A DNA stretch of 64,000 nt from Escherichia coli (GTDB lineage: Bacteria > Pseudomonadota > Gammaproteobacteria > Enterobacterales > Enterobacteriaceae), in NCBI RefSeq assembly GCF_024223415.1, contig NZ_CP100500.1. One strand, written 5' to 3'. A model generated the notes under the pieces. The model ran no database searches. It worked only from the letters and a program-made list of their open reading frames with translations, and was not told the origin of the DNA. This document shows, piece after piece, positions 1-13,604 of the stretch. Each line of letters begins with the position of its first letter. Within the stretch, counting starts at the first letter, position 1. The position numbers and the translations under genes were made by a program.

Positions 1-825
1 GACCAGAGATATCCAGTGCACAGCGGGCAAGGCATTCGTCCATCGGCAGCACAAAACCAAAGCGGCAAATACCGCGTTTGTCGCCGAGGGCGATTTTTAA
101 CGCTTCGCCCAGCGCCAGGCCGGTATCTTCGACGGTGTGGTGATCGTCGATATAGAGGTCGCCTTTGACGTTGATTTCCATGCGGAAACCGCCGTGGGTG
201 GCGATCTGATCCAGCATATGATCAAAGAAGCCAACGCCGGTGTTAATCTTGCTGCCACCTTCGCGATCCAGCCACACCTGGACGTCAATTTGCGTCTCTT
301 TGGTGTTGCGCACTACATGGGCGTAACGGTCTCGTTTAGTGAGCTGCTCGCCAATCATTGGCCAGTTCAGGGTTTCGCGGTCATAGCGTAAACCATTAAT
401 GCCCATGTTTTCCGCCAGCTGAATATCGGTCGCGCGATCGCCAATCACATAACTATTGGCACGATCCATCGCTTGCTCAGCGAGATAACGCTCCACCAGT
501 TTTACTTTCGGCTTACGGCAGTCGCACTCATCGGCGGGCAGGTGCGGACAAATCAGCACTTCATCAAACTGCACGCCTTGCGAGGTGAAGAACTGCATCA
601 TCAGGTTGTGCGGGCCATCAAAATCCGCCTGCGGGAAACTTTGTGTTCCCAGACCATCCTGATTAGTGATCATCACCAGCTTGTAGCCCGCTTTTTGCAG
701 CTTCAGCAGCTCCGGGATCACGCCTGGTTCAAAGGCGAGTTTGTCAAAACGGTCCACCTGAAAATCACTCGGCGGTTCGCTAATCAGGGTTCCATCGCGA
801 TCGATAAAAAGATACTTCTGACTCA

Positions 826-826
<1 letters not shown>
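1..826 (-). CDS. hisB: Histidine biosynthesis bifunctional protein HisB, N-terminal ~275 codons; 3' end lies beyond the window start
   Basis: Minus-strand translation from ATG at 826-824 reads [19 protein letters not shown]...; window start translates ...[27 protein letters not shown] overlap with hisC stop. Confidence 0.9.
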
Positions 827-3197
<2,371 letters not shown>

Positions 3198-3202
3198 GGC
3201 GA

Positions 3203-4102
3203 TCACTCCATCATTTTCTCAATCGGCAGCACCAGGATTGAACTGGCACCCAGCGCTTTCAGTTTTTCCATCGTTTCCCAGAACAGGGTTTCGCTACTCA
3301 CCATGTGCATCGCTACGCGCTGTTGATCACCCGCCAGCGGTAGAATAGTTGGGCGTTCGGCACCTGGCAGCAGGGCGATGACTTCATCCAGGCGTTCGGT
3401 CGGTGCGTGCATCATGATGTATTTTGATTCGCGCGCCTGGATCACACCCTGAATACGGGTCAGCAGTTTGTCGATCAGCTGCTGTTTGGATTCTTCCATT
3501 TCGCCATCGCGTTGTATCAGGCAAGCTTTCGAGCGGTAGATAACTTCGACTTCGCGCAGGCCGTTTGCTTCCAGCGTGGCACCGGTGGAAACCAGATCGC
3601 AAATCGCATCCGCCAGTCCGGCGCGCGGGGCGACTTCAACAGAACCGTTCAGTAAGCAGGATTTAAAAGAGATGCCTTTCTGGTCGAGATAACGCTTGAG
3701 CAGGTGAGGATAAGAGGTGGCGATACGTTTACCGTTTAAGGAGAGCGGGCCGTCCCAGGCTTCATCAACCGGCGTTGCCAGCGAAAGACGGCAGCCGCCG
3801 AAATCCAGACGACGCAGGGTAAAGTAGCGTGGATCTTCACCCTGGGCGCGGCGGTTAAGCAGTTCTTCTTCCAGCACGTTTTCGCCGATAATCCCAAGGT
3901 CTACCACGCCGTCCATTACCAGACCGGGAATGTCGTCGTCACGCACGCGCAGAATATCAATCGGCATGTTTTCTGCCATCGCGATCAGGCGCTGGGTGTG
4001 AAGATTGATTTTAATGCCACAGCGCGCCAGTAATTCGCGTGAGTCATCACTTAAACGGCCGGATTTCTGCATAGCTATGCGTAAACGAGTGTTGTCTGTC
4101 AT
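3203..4102 (-). CDS. hisG: ATP phosphoribosyltransferase
   Basis: ORF 3203..4141; 299-aa product if started at [15 protein letters not shown] (4102). Confidence 0.93.
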
Positions 4103-4148
4103 TTTCTTATTCCTCTTTAAACCTGTCTGAACCGTTATCAATCGCGCA

Positions 4149-4184
4149 ATAAAAAAGCCCCCGGAAGGTGATCTTCCGGGGGCT
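4149..4184 (-). terminator. his attenuator terminator (GC-rich hairpin plus U-run) between hisL and hisG
   Basis: Plus strand aaaaaagcccccggaaggtgatcttccgggggct; on minus strand a 12-bp stem followed by a T-run. Confidence 0.85.
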
Positions 4185-4247
4185 TTCTCATGCGTTCATG
4201 CACCACTGGAAGATCTGAATGTCTTCCAGCACACATCGCCTGAAAGA

Positions 4248-4298
4248 CTAGTCAGGATGATGGTGATGATGGTGGTGTTTAAATTGAACGCGTGTCAT
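4248..4298 (-). CDS. hisL: his operon leader peptide with seven consecutive His codons
   Basis: Minus strand ATGACACGCGTTCAATTTAAACACCACCATCATCACCATCATCCTGACTAG = MTRVQFKHHHHHHHPD. Confidence 0.95.
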   Translation of the reverse strand: MTRVQFKHHHHHHHPD

Positions 4299-4336
4299 AA
4301 AAGTCTCTGTGAATGTTTATTCAACTGATGTCTTTT

Positions 4337-4366
4337 AACCTAAACCACTTTCACGTTAGAAAGCAA
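4337..4366 (-). promoter_or_regulatory. his operon primary promoter (-35 TTGCTT, -10 TAGGTT)
   Basis: Minus strand reads gcccTTGCTTtctaacgtgaaagtggttTAGGTTaaaag upstream of hisL. Confidence 0.7.
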
Positions 4367-4547
4367 GGGCTTTTTTATATATTTTATGGCAATGGATTTG
4401 TTTAATGAATGAGCGGGGAAAGGAGGGGGCTAAGAGGACTGTCCTCTAACCTGACGGCACCAAAAATAGCGAAGCCTGGATTTTCGTCTCACTGACAATA
4501 TCTTGATCTACAAACTAATTAATAAATAGTTAATTAACGCCCATCAT

Positions 4548-4565
4548 TGTACAATGAGCTGTACA
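4548..4565 (+). promoter_or_regulatory. Palindromic operator with two TGTACA hexamers in the yefM-yoeB promoter
   Basis: tgtacaatgagctgtaca about 15 bp upstream of yefM ATG; SD gaggag follows. Confidence 0.6.
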
Positions 4566-4580
4566 TAAGAGGAGATTGAT

Positions 4581-4832
4581 ATGCGTACAATTAGCTACAG
4601 CGAAGCGCGTCAGAATTTGTCGGCAACAATGATGAAAGCCGTTGAAGATCATGCCCCGATCCTTATTACTCGTCAGAATGGAGAGGCTTGTGTTCTGATG
4701 TCACTCGAAGAATACAACTCGCTGGAAGAGACGGCTTATCTACTGCGCTCCCCCGCTAACGCCCGGAGATTGATGGACTCAATCGATAGCCTGAAATCTG
4801 GCAAAGGAACGGAAAAGGACATCATTGAGTGA
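4581..4832 (+). CDS. yefM: Antitoxin YefM
   Basis: 83-aa [53 protein letters not shown]...; 4-nt overlap with yoeB. Confidence 0.93.
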
Positions 4833-5083
4833 AACTAATCTGGTCTGAGGAATCATGGGACGATTATCTGTACTGGCAGGAAACAGATAAGCGAATTGTT
4901 AAAAAGATCAATGAACTTATCAAAGATACCCGCAGAACGCCATTTGAAGGTAAGGGGAAGCCAGAACCCCTGAAACATAATTTGTCAGGTTTCTGGTCCC
5001 GACGCATTACAGAGGAGCACCGTCTGGTATACGCGGTTACCGACGATTCACTGCTCATTGCAGCATGTCGTTATCATTATTGA
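4829..5083 (+). CDS. yoeB: mRNA interferase toxin YoeB
   Basis: 84-aa ORF ending ...[26 protein letters not shown]; coupled to yefM. Confidence 0.93.
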
Positions 5084-5165
5084 ACAGATTCATTCATAGA
5101 ATGAATTGTCAGTTTTGATACGCTAGCGTAGCCTTATAGATCTAAGGTGTATCAGGAGATAACGG

Positions 5166-5990
5166 ATGAAAAAGGTCGCAATTGTCGGGTTAGGGTGGTT
5201 AGGCATGCCGCTGGCGATGTCACTTTCAGCGCGAGGCTGGCAAGTCACCGGGAGTAAAACCACACAAGATGGTGTCGAAGCGGCCCGAATGAGTGGCATT
5301 GATAGCTATCTGCTTCGCATGGAGCCTGAGTTAGTTTGCGATTCTGACGATCTGGATGCCCTGATGGATGCCGACGCGCTGGTCATTACGCTTCCGGCAC
5401 GTCGTAGCGGCCCCGGCGATGAGTTCTATTTACAAGCGGTACAAGAGTTAGTGGATAGCGCGCTGGCCCATCGTATTCCCCGCATTATTTTTACCAGCTC
5501 AACGTCTGTCTATGGCGACGCGCAAGGCACGGTGAAAGAAACCACCCCGCGTAATCCGGTAACCAACAGTGGACGAGTATTAGAAGAACTCGAAGACTGG
5601 CTGCACAATTTACCCGGTACTTCGGTCGATATTCTGCGTCTTGCGGGGCTGGTCGGACCGGGACGTCATCCCGGACGCTTCTTTGCCGGAAAAACCGCGC
5701 CTGATGGTGAACATGGTGTTAATTTAGTCCATTTAGAAGATGTTATTGGCGCTATCACTCTGTTGTTACAGGCACCTAAAGGCGGACACATCTATAATAT
5801 ATGTGCGCCAGCTCACCCTGCGCGTAATGTTTTCTATCCGCAGATGGCCCGTTTACTGGGGCTGGAACCTCCGCAGTTCAGAAATAGTCTGGACAGCGGC
5901 AAAGGTAAGATTATTGATGGCAGTCGGATTTGTAATGAACTGGGATTTGAATACCAGTATCCCGATCCGCTGGTAATGCCGCTGGAGTAA
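5166..5990 (+). CDS. yeeZ: NAD-dependent epimerase/dehydratase-family protein
   Basis: 274-aa ORF with N-terminal Rossmann motif VAIVGLGWLGMPLA; synteny. Confidence 0.8.
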   Translation: MKKVAIVGLGWLGMPLAMSLSARGWQVTGSKTTQDGVEAARMSGIDSYLLRMEPELVCDSDDLDALMDADALVITLPARRSGPGDEFYLQAVQELVDSALAHRIPRIIFTSSTSVYGDAQGTVKETTPRNPVTNSGRVLEELEDWLHNLPGTSVDILRLAGLVGPGRHPGRFFAGKTAPDGEHGVNLVHLEDVIGAITLLLQAPKGGHIYNICAPAHPARNVFYPQMARLLGLEPPQFRNSLDSGKGKIIDGSRICNELGFEYQYPDPLVMPLE

Positions 5991-6035
5991 ACGATCACGC
6001 CAGCAGGACGCCGCATACACTGCAAGGGGGCGTGT

Positions 6036-6965
6036 ATGAAACCACTGCTGGATGTGTTGATGATCCTCGATGCCTTAGAAAAAGAAGGTAGTTTTGCGGC
6101 GGCGTCGGCCAAACTCTATAAGACGCCGTCCGCTCTGAGTTACACCGTTCACAAGCTGGAAAGCGACCTTAATATTCAATTGCTTGATCGTAGCGGTCAC
6201 CGCGCTAAATTCACCCGTACCGGAAAAATGTTATTAGAGAAAGGGCGGGAAGTTCTGCATACCGTGCGGGAACTGGAAAAGCAGGCGATCAAACTGCATG
6301 AAGGCTGGGAAAACGAGCTGGTGATTGGCGTGGACGACACGTTTCCTTTTTCTCTGCTTGCGCCACTGATTGAAGCTTTTTATCAACATCATAGCGTGAC
6401 GCGCCTGAAGTTTATCAATGGCGTACTCGGTGGTTCCTGGGATGCCCTGACTCAGGGGCGAGCGGATATTATTGTTGGCGCGATGCATGAGCCACCATCT
6501 TCCAGTGAGTTTGGTTTTTCACGGTTGGGCGATCTGGAACAAGTCTTTGCGGTCGCGCCTCATCATCCGTTAGCCCTGGAAGAAGAGCCGTTAAATCGTC
6601 GTATTATTAAGCGATATCGGGCGATTGTGGTGGGGGATACTGCGCAGGCAGGCGCTTCTACGGCCTCACAACTTCTCGACGAACAAGAAGCCATTACCGT
6701 TTTCGATTTTAAAACCAAGCTGGAGCTGCAAATTAGCGGCCTCGGCTGCGGCTATTTACCCCGTTATCTGGCGCAACGTTTTCTCGATAGTGGCGCGTTA
6801 ATCGAGAAGAAAGTGGTCGCCCAAACTCTCTTTGAACCCGTCTGGATTGGCTGGAACGAACAGACCGCAGGGCTTGCCAGCGGCTGGTGGCGAGATGAAA
6901 TTTTAGCAAATAGTGCGATCGCCGGTGTTTATGCAAAATCTGATGACGGAAAATCAGCCATTTAA
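6036..6965 (+). CDS. yeeY: LysR-family transcriptional regulator
   Basis: 309-aa ORF; N-terminal HTH then LysR substrate-binding region; synteny. Confidence 0.8.
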   Translation: MKPLLDVLMILDALEKEGSFAAASAKLYKTPSALSYTVHKLESDLNIQLLDRSGHRAKFTRTGKMLLEKGREVLHTVRELEKQAIKLHEGWENELVIGVDDTFPFSLLAPLIEAFYQHHSVTRLKFINGVLGGSWDALTQGRADIIVGAMHEPPSSSEFGFSRLGDLEQVFAVAPHHPLALEEEPLNRRIIKRYRAIVVGDTAQAGASTASQLLDEQEAITVFDFKTKLELQISGLGCGYLPRYLAQRFLDSGALIEKKVVAQTLFEPVWIGWNEQTAGLASGWWRDEILANSAIAGVYAKSDDGKSAI

Positions 6966-7231
6966 AGAAAAATTATTATGGCAAGCCTCTCATTCTCTTG
7001 TCATTTCCCCCCCATTTAGGCACAATGCGCCGCTGTCAAAAAATGACTAAAAACCGACGTTTCATCAGCGTCGGTTATTTTTTGCTTCAAACCAATCATT
7101 CATACCAAGAGGCCGGGCTTCGTACCGGATAGATATTTACTAAAAATCGACAGTTGTTGTCGCTGAGGAATCCAAAAAAATGGGGCAATTTTTTGCTTAC
7201 GCGACGGTTATCACCGTAAAGGAGAATGACC

Positions 7232-8590
7232 ATGTCGCATAACGTTACTCCAAACACCTCTCGCGTGGAATTGCGTAAAACGCTTACGTTAGTTCCGGTT
7301 GTAATGATGGGTCTTGCCTATATGCAGCCGATGACGCTGTTTGATACTTTTGGTATCGTTTCAGGCCTCACGGATGGTCATGTGCCGACAGCCTATGCGT
7401 TCGCATTGATTGCGATCCTGTTTACGGCTCTGAGCTACGGGAAGCTGGTTCGCCGCTATCCTTCTGCTGGCTCTGCATACACTTACGCCCAGAAATCCAT
7501 TAGCCCGACTGTCGGCTTTATGGTGGGTTGGTCTTCTCTGCTCGACTATCTGTTCGCGCCGATGATCAACATTCTGCTGGCGAAAATTTATTTTGAAGCT
7601 CTGGTGCCTTCCATCCCATCGTGGATGTTTGTGGTGGCGCTGGTGGCCTTTATGACCGCCTTTAACCTGCGTAGTCTGAAATCTGTAGCGAACTTCAACA
7701 CTGTAATCGTCGTGTTGCAGGTAGTGCTGATCGCGGTGATTCTGGGCATGGTTGTTTATGGCGTATTTGAAGGTGAAGGCGCTGGTACGCTGGCGAGCAC
7801 TCGTCCGTTCTGGTCTGGCGATGCGCATGTTATCCCGATGATTACCGGGGCGACAATCCTGTGCTTCTCCTTTACCGGCTTTGACGGCATCAGCAACCTG
7901 TCGGAAGAAACCAAAGATGCAGAGCGCGTGATCCCGCGTGCGATTTTCCTGACCGCGCTGATCGGCGGCATGATCTTCATCTTTGCAACTTACTTCCTGC
8001 AGCTGTACTTCCCGGATATCTCTCGCTTTAAAGATCCGGATGCGTCACAGCCTGAAATCATGCTGTACGTTGCGGGTAAAGCGTTCCAGGTTGGCGCGCT
8101 GATCTTCTCCACCATTACCGTACTGGCGTCTGGTATGGCGGCGCACGCAGGTGTTGCGCGTCTGATGTACGTAATGGGTCGTGACGGCGTGTTCCCGAAA
8201 AGCTTCTTCGGTTATGTTCACCCGAAATGGCGTACTCCGGCGATGAACATCATCCTGGTTGGCGCGATTGCCCTGCTGGCAATCAACTTCGACCTGGTAA
8301 TGGCAACGGCGCTGATTAACTTTGGTGCGCTGGTGGCGTTCACCTTTGTTAACCTGTCGGTCATCTCGCAGTTCTGGATCCGTGAGAAGCGTAATAAGAC
8401 GCTGAAAGATCACTTCCAGTATCTGTTCCTGCCGATGTGTGGTGCGCTGACCGTTGGTGCGCTGTGGGTTAATCTGGAAGAAAGCTCAATGGTTCTGGGT
8501 CTGATCTGGGCTGCTATCGGTCTGATTTACCTGGCTTGCGTCACCAAGAGCTTCCGTAACCCGGTTCCGCAGTACGAAGACGTAGCATAA
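7232..8590 (+). CDS. plaP: Putrescine importer (APC-family amino acid/polyamine permease)
   Basis: ORF 7226..8590; SD aaggag positioned for ATG 7232 ([10 protein letters not shown]...), giving 452 aa; multi-TM. Confidence 0.88.
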   Translation: MSHNVTPNTSRVELRKTLTLVPVVMMGLAYMQPMTLFDTFGIVSGLTDGHVPTAYAFALIAILFTALSYGKLVRRYPSAGSAYTYAQKSISPTVGFMVGWSSLLDYLFAPMINILLAKIYFEALVPSIPSWMFVVALVAFMTAFNLRSLKSVANFNTVIVVLQVVLIAVILGMVVYGVFEGEGAGTLASTRPFWSGDAHVIPMITGATILCFSFTGFDGISNLSEETKDAERVIPRAIFLTALIGGMIFIFATYFLQLYFPDISRFKDPDASQPEIMLYVAGKAFQVGALIFSTITVLASGMAAHAGVARLMYVMGRDGVFPKSFFGYVHPKWRTPAMNIILVGAIALLAINFDLVMATALINFGALVAFTFVNLSVISQFWIREKRNKTLKDHFQYLFLPMCGALTVGALWVNLEESSMVLGLIWAAIGLIYLACVTKSFRNPVPQYEDVA

Positions 8591-8608
8591 TCATCTTTTC
8601 TAATAATC

Positions 8609-8647
8609 AACCGGAGTCGAATGAACAGTTGGCTCCGGTTTTTTTAT
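8609..8647 (+). terminator. Rho-independent terminator after plaP
   Basis: aaccggagtcgaatgaacagttggctccggttttttt. Confidence 0.8.
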
Positions 8648-8768
8648 TCTTTTTTATCGACATCCTCATTAATAACCATTTGTTCTAATTTAGAGAATTT
8701 GGTTATTGGTCTGCATTCCACCAGTCATGAATAATTTCCCTATTAACATTCATCTGGTTAATTAATTT

Positions 8769-9729
8769 ATGTTTTCAATGATATTAAGCGGGCTAATTTG
8801 TGGTGCTCTGCTGGGATTTGTCATGCAGCGTGGGGGTTTTTGCGTTAATTCAGGCGGGCCTACTGACTTACGAAGCCGGGGCGTTCCCGTGGCTTGGTAC
8901 TGTTATAGGTGGGTATATCTTCGGGCTGGGAATTGTTCTGGCGGGTGGATGTGCCACCGGGACCTGGTATCGCGCGGGTGAGGGATTGATCGGCAGTTGG
9001 ATCGCGCTTTTCACTTATATGGTGATGAGTGCGGTGATGCGTTCTCCACACGCCAGTGGTTTAAATCAAACCTTGCAGCACTACACTACTGAACATAACT
9101 CTATTGCTGATACTTTTAATTTGTCTGTGTGGCCGTTGGTTGCCGTTTTGCTGGTGATAACGCTCTGGGTGGTGATGAAAGAGTTGAAGAAGCCAAAACT
9201 GAAAGTCGCGACCTTACCGCCGCGCCGAACCGGGATCGCTCATATTCTGTTTGAAAAACGCTGGCATCCCTTTGTCACTGCTGTACTCATCGGTTTGATT
9301 GCGCTTTTAGCCTGGCCCCTGAGTGAAGCAACCGGACGCATGTTTGGGTTAGGAATCACTTCCCCAACGGCCAATATTCTGCAATTTCTGGTCGCGGGTG
9401 ACGTGAAATACATTAACTGGGGCGTTTTCCTGGTGTTAGGGATCTTCGTGGGGTCATTTATTGCAGCCAAAGCGAGCCGTGAGTTCCGCGTTCGCGCAGC
9501 TGATGCACAAACAACAGTACGTAGCGGGTTAGGTGGTGTACTGATGGGCTTCGGTGCCAGTATTGCAGGTGGTTGCTCTATCGGTAATGGACTGGTTATG
9601 ACTGCAATGATGACCTGGCAGGGCTGGGTTGGCCTTGTATTTATGATTCTCGGAGTCTGGACTGCGTCCTGGCTTGTGTATGTTCGACCGCAGCGTAAGG
9701 CGCGACTGGCAACTGCTGCGGCAAATTAA
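8769..9729 (+). pseudogene. yeeE: YeeE/YedE-family thiosulfate transporter (TsuA) reading frame split by a frameshift or internal deletion
   Basis: ORF 8769..8981 (MFSMILSGLICGALLGFVMQRGGFC...) and ORF 8800..9729 are in different frames; downstream frame carries two GGC(A/S)xG repeat motifs; 961-nt span is not a multiple of 3. Confidence 0.6.
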
Positions 9730-9742
9730 GTAAGGTGTAAAG

Positions 9743-9970
9743 ATGGCGATTAAAAAGCTGGATGTGGTGACGCAGGTCTGTCCGTTTCCACTCATAGAAG
9801 CAAAAGCAGCACTGGCAGAAATGGCCAGCGGCGATAAGTTGGTAATTGAGTTTGATTGCACCCAGGCAACTGAAGCAATCCCACAGTGGGCGGCAGAAGA
9901 AGGACATGCCATCACCGATTATCAGCAGATTGGCGATGCTGCGTGGAGCATCACCGTTCAAAAAGCCTGA
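9743..9970 (+). CDS. yeeD: TusA-like sulfur carrier protein
   Basis: 75-aa ORF with CPFP motif (VCPFPLIEAKAA); follows yeeE. Confidence 0.85.
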   Translation: MAIKKLDVVTQVCPFPLIEAKAALAEMASGDKLVIEFDCTQATEAIPQWAAEEGHAITDYQQIGDAAWSITVQKA

Positions 9971-9981
9971 CCCAACATTGT

Positions 9982-10005
9982 CCTCCGCCGTATCAGCGGC
10001 GGAGG
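9982..10005. terminator. Bidirectional hairpin between convergent yeeD and sbcB
   Basis: cctccgccgtatcagcggcggagg, 8-9 bp GC stem. Confidence 0.6.
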
Positions 10006-10012
10006 CTTCAAA

Positions 10013-11440
10013 CTAGACGATCTCTTCCGCGTACTGCCAAAGCGCTTTTAACAGCGCCACTTTTTCTTTATCGTCGGCATACTGCTGCGCCAGCATCTGA
10101 ATCTCTTCTGCATAGCCTTGTAAAAACTCGGGTGTGAATACCTGGCGGCGGTGCTCCAGCCAACGTTGCTGCTCGGCATAATCCAGCGTCCCCGGGAAGT
10201 TGCGTGCCCGATAATTGAACAACAGCTTTTCAATCCGTTTATCAACAAAAGTGATATCCAGTGCCGGTAAATTACGCGGCTCGGTTTCCAGCACAATTTT
10301 CATTGCTGCACGATCGGCGTCACTGAAAAAGCCGTTATAAAGCTGTGCATCCACGTTATCTGAAGGCGTAAACGGTTCGGCTTCCGCGAATATCGCCACC
10401 ACTTTTTCACGCACTTGCGGATTTTCACGCAGAATTTTTAGGTTATCGAGGCAATGCTGACGATTAATTCCCAGTCGGTCGGCATCTTCCGGGCGTAGCG
10501 TATTCGCCTGGGCCAGTACCGGACATTTATTGATGTGCACCAGCTTAACCGGAACGGCGGCGTTATCGCCAAGATCGGCTTTTGCGGTATATAAACGCTC
10601 GCGCAATGTGTCGCTATCCAGCTCCAGTAATGGCGAAATGTCTCCTGCCAAATCCACCATAATTACGGCATTGCGATTTTCAGGATGCCACGCCAGCGGT
10701 GCCACCCAGCTGGTATTGCCACGCCATGCCCCAAACATTCCGGAAACGTGAACCAGGGGTTTCATCTGCGGAACATCAATCAACGCCATCAGTTTGTGTT
10801 TATTACGATGGGTAAAGAGATAATCAAACAGACGTGGCTGACGCGTTTTTACCAGTTTCGCCATCGCAATAGTGGCGTACACATCAGCCATCGCATCGTG
10901 GGCGTTGCTATGTTCAATACCATTCGCTTTGGTTAAATGCTCAAGGCGAAAGCTCGGTAGACCGTCATCATTTTCAGGCCAGTTTATTCCTTCCGGGCGC
11001 AGGGCATAACAGGCACGCATAACATCCAGTAAATCCCAGCGCGAGTTATCATGCTGCCAGCTCCAGGCGTAAGGATCGTAGAAATTACGATAAAAAACGT
11101 TGCGTGTGACTTCGTCGTCGAAACGCACATTGTTGTAGCCCAGAATACAGGTCTTCGGTACGGTAAAAAGCGAGTGAATACGGGCGGCAAACGTGGCTTC
11201 GTTTTCTCCTTTCGCCCGTGCTTCCTGCGGGGTAATACCGGTAATTAATACTGCTCCAGGCTGGGGTAAATAGTCATCCGCGGGCTTGCAGTAAAAGACT
11301 TCGGGTTCGCCGATGACATTGAATTCGTTATCAGTGCGAATGGCTGCGAACTGTGCAGGGCGATCTAACGCGGGGTGCGTTCCAAAGGTTTCGTAATCGT
11401 GAAACAAAAAGGTAGATTGTTGCTTACCGTCATTCATCAT
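10013..11440 (-). CDS. sbcB: Exodeoxyribonuclease I
   Basis: ORF 10013..11512; product starts MMNDGKQQSTFLFHDYETFG at 11440, giving 475 aa. Confidence 0.93.
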   Translation of the reverse strand: MMNDGKQQSTFLFHDYETFGTHPALDRPAQFAAIRTDNEFNVIGEPEVFYCKPADDYLPQPGAVLITGITPQEARAKGENEATFAARIHSLFTVPKTCILGYNNVRFDDEVTRNVFYRNFYDPYAWSWQHDNSRWDLLDVMRACYALRPEGINWPENDDGLPSFRLEHLTKANGIEHSNAHDAMADVYATIAMAKLVKTRQPRLFDYLFTHRNKHKLMALIDVPQMKPLVHVSGMFGAWRGNTSWVAPLAWHPENRNAVIMVDLAGDISPLLELDSDTLRERLYTAKADLGDNAAVPVKLVHINKCPVLAQANTLRPEDADRLGINRQHCLDNLKILRENPQVREKVVAIFAEAEPFTPSDNVDAQLYNGFFSDADRAAMKIVLETEPRNLPALDITFVDKRIEKLLFNYRARNFPGTLDYAEQQRWLEHRRQVFTPEFLQGYAEEIQMLAQQYADDKEKVALLKALWQYAEEIV

Positions 11441-11642
11441 TAGGTTAAATCCGTTATTTCTGCTGTCTGCCAGAGTATCAAATATCACCGTGCTAATCAG
11501 CTTTAGCGCCACAATTTGGCAGCGAGTGGCAACAGATCATGTCAGATAAAAATGAGAGGGTAGTCACATTTTCTTGCACTTTATTCCAGCCAGTTCATAA
11601 GTATTTCCGTAAAAAGAACAGCTATTTGAAACTCCTGAGGGT

Positions 11643-12815
11643 TTGCTGTTGAAACGCCGTCTTATTATTGCTGCTTCTTTGTTCGTTTTTAACTTATCGT
11701 CTGGTTTTGCGGCGGAAAACATTCCTTTTTCACCTCAGCCTCCAGAGATTCATGCCGGGTCCTGGGTATTGATGGATTACACCACCGGTCAGATCCTCAC
11801 CGCGGTTAATGAGCATCAACAGCGCAATCCCGCCAGCCTGACAAAGCTGATGACGGGTTATGTCGTGGATCGCGCTATCGATAGTCATCGCATTACGCCA
11901 GACGATATTGTCACCGTGGGGCGCAATGCGTGGGCGAAAGATAATCCGGTGTTTGTCGGTTCTTCACTGATGTTTTTGAAAGAGGGCGATCGCGTATCGG
12001 TACGTGATTTAAGCCGTGGTTTAATTGTGGATTCCGGAAATGACGCTTGTGTTGCTCTGGCTGACTATATTGCCGGTGGGCAACGGCAGTTTGTTGAAAT
12101 GATGAACAACTATGCCGAGAAGCTGCATCTCAAGGATACGCATTTTGAAACAGTGCATGGTCTGGATGCACCTGGCCAGCATAGCTCGGCTTATGATTTA
12201 GCTGTGCTTTCTCGCGCTATCATCCACGGCGAGCCCGAGTTTTATCATATGTACAGTGAGAAAAGTCTCACCTGGAACGGTATCACCCAGCAAAACCGTA
12301 ACGGGTTGTTGTGGGATAAAACCATGAATGTTGACGGCCTGAAAACGGGTCATACTTCTGGTGCCGGGTTTAATCTCATTGCTTCGGCTGTAGATGGGCA
12401 GCGTCGTCTCATTGCAGTGGTAATGGGGGCTGACAGTGCAAAAGGTCGTGAGGAAGAGGCAAGAAAATTACTGCGTTGGGGGCAACAAAACTTTACTACG
12501 GTGCAAATTTTGCACCGTGGGAAAAAGGTCGGAACGGAACGCATCTGGTATGGCGATAAAGAAAATATCGACCTGGGAACGGAACAAGAGTTCTGGATGG
12601 TGCTACCGAAAGCCGAAATTCCACATATCAAAGCCAAATATACCCTTAATGGTAAAGAGCTCACCGCGCCAATTAGCGCCCATCAGCGGGTAGGGGAAAT
12701 TGAACTTTACGACCGTGATAAACAGGTGGCGCACTGGCCGCTGGTTACCCTGGAATCTGTCGGGGAAGGCAGCATGTTTTCTCGCCTGAGTGATTATTTC
12801 CACCATAAGGCCTGA
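11643..12815 (+). CDS. dacD: D-alanyl-D-alanine carboxypeptidase (PBP6b)
   Basis: About 390-aa ORF with signal peptide, SxxK motif (ASLTKLM), SGN motif (DSGNDA) and KTG motif (LKTGHT); probable TTG start. Confidence 0.9.
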   Translation: MLLKRRLIIAASLFVFNLSSGFAAENIPFSPQPPEIHAGSWVLMDYTTGQILTAVNEHQQRNPASLTKLMTGYVVDRAIDSHRITPDDIVTVGRNAWAKDNPVFVGSSLMFLKEGDRVSVRDLSRGLIVDSGNDACVALADYIAGGQRQFVEMMNNYAEKLHLKDTHFETVHGLDAPGQHSSAYDLAVLSRAIIHGEPEFYHMYSEKSLTWNGITQQNRNGLLWDKTMNVDGLKTGHTSGAGFNLIASAVDGQRRLIAVVMGADSAKGREEEARKLLRWGQQNFTTVQILHRGKKVGTERIWYGDKENIDLGTEQEFWMVLPKAEIPHIKAKYTLNGKELTAPISAHQRVGEIELYDRDKQVAHWPLVTLESVGEGSMFSRLSDYFHHKA

Positions 12816-12901
12816 CCTTTCTTTTGCAGCAGACTGGCAGGAGTGCGAGTCTGCTCGCATAATCAACACTCATTCCTTGTGGTTTTAATATTGCAACTAT
12901 A

Positions 12902-12917
12902 CTGTATATAAAAACAG
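12902..12917 (+). promoter_or_regulatory. LexA (SOS) box upstream of sbmC
   Basis: CTGTATATAAAAACAG matches CTGT-N8-ACAG, 17 bp upstream of sbmC ATG. Confidence 0.85.
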
Positions 12918-12933
12918 TAATAATGGAGGCGTC

Positions 12934-13407
12934 ATGAACTACGAGATTAAGCAGGAAGATAAACGTACCGTTGCAGGTTTCCATCTCGTTGGCCCGTGGG
13001 AACAGACGGTAAAGAAAGGTTTTGAGCAGTTGATGATGTGGGTAGATAGCAAAAATATTGTGCCGAAGGAGTGGGTTGCTGTCTATTACGACAATCCGGA
13101 TGAAACACCCGCCGAAAAATTACGCTGCGACACCGTCGTGACGGTACCGAATAACTTTACGCTCCCCGAAAACAGTGAGGGCGTCATTCTGACAGAAATT
13201 TCAGGTGGTCAATATGCGGTGGCGGTGGCTCGTGTAGTCGGTGATGATTTTGCTAAACCCTGGTATCAGTTCTTTAATAGCCTCTTGCAGGACAGTGCTT
13301 ATGAAATGTTACCAAAGCCCTGCTTCGAGGTTTACTTGAACAATGGCGCGGAAGATGGGTACTGGGATATCGAAATGTATGTTGCGGTGCAGCCAAAACA
13401 TCACTAA
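12934..13407 (+). CDS. sbmC: DNA gyrase inhibitor SbmC (GyrI)
   Basis: 157-aa [27 protein letters not shown]... Confidence 0.92.
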   Translation: MNYEIKQEDKRTVAGFHLVGPWEQTVKKGFEQLMMWVDSKNIVPKEWVAVYYDNPDETPAEKLRCDTVVTVPNNFTLPENSEGVILTEISGGQYAVAVARVVGDDFAKPWYQFFNSLLQDSAYEMLPKPCFEVYLNNGAEDGYWDIEMYVAVQPKHH

Positions 13408-13604
13408 TTCATCTCAGGGCGGTGTGTTGACGCGAAGACCACTCTTTTTTTGAAAACGAAAAGAGTAAGATGCGCCTTTCAATTTTTTCGCTCCTGCCGG
13501 GAAATTACACTGTTCCCGGTTTGTCCGTCGGATAATTCAGAGGCGCGCCTTCTGGCCGACAGATGAGTTATGAGCGCTTTTAATCTTCATTACGGAGTTT
13601 CTGC

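Noticed and set aside
8800-9729. Independent gene starting at Met 8800 (309 aa)
   Set aside because: No RBS of its own, and the preceding out-of-frame segment encodes the expected N-terminus of the transporter; interpreted as the downstream part of a frameshifted yeeE.
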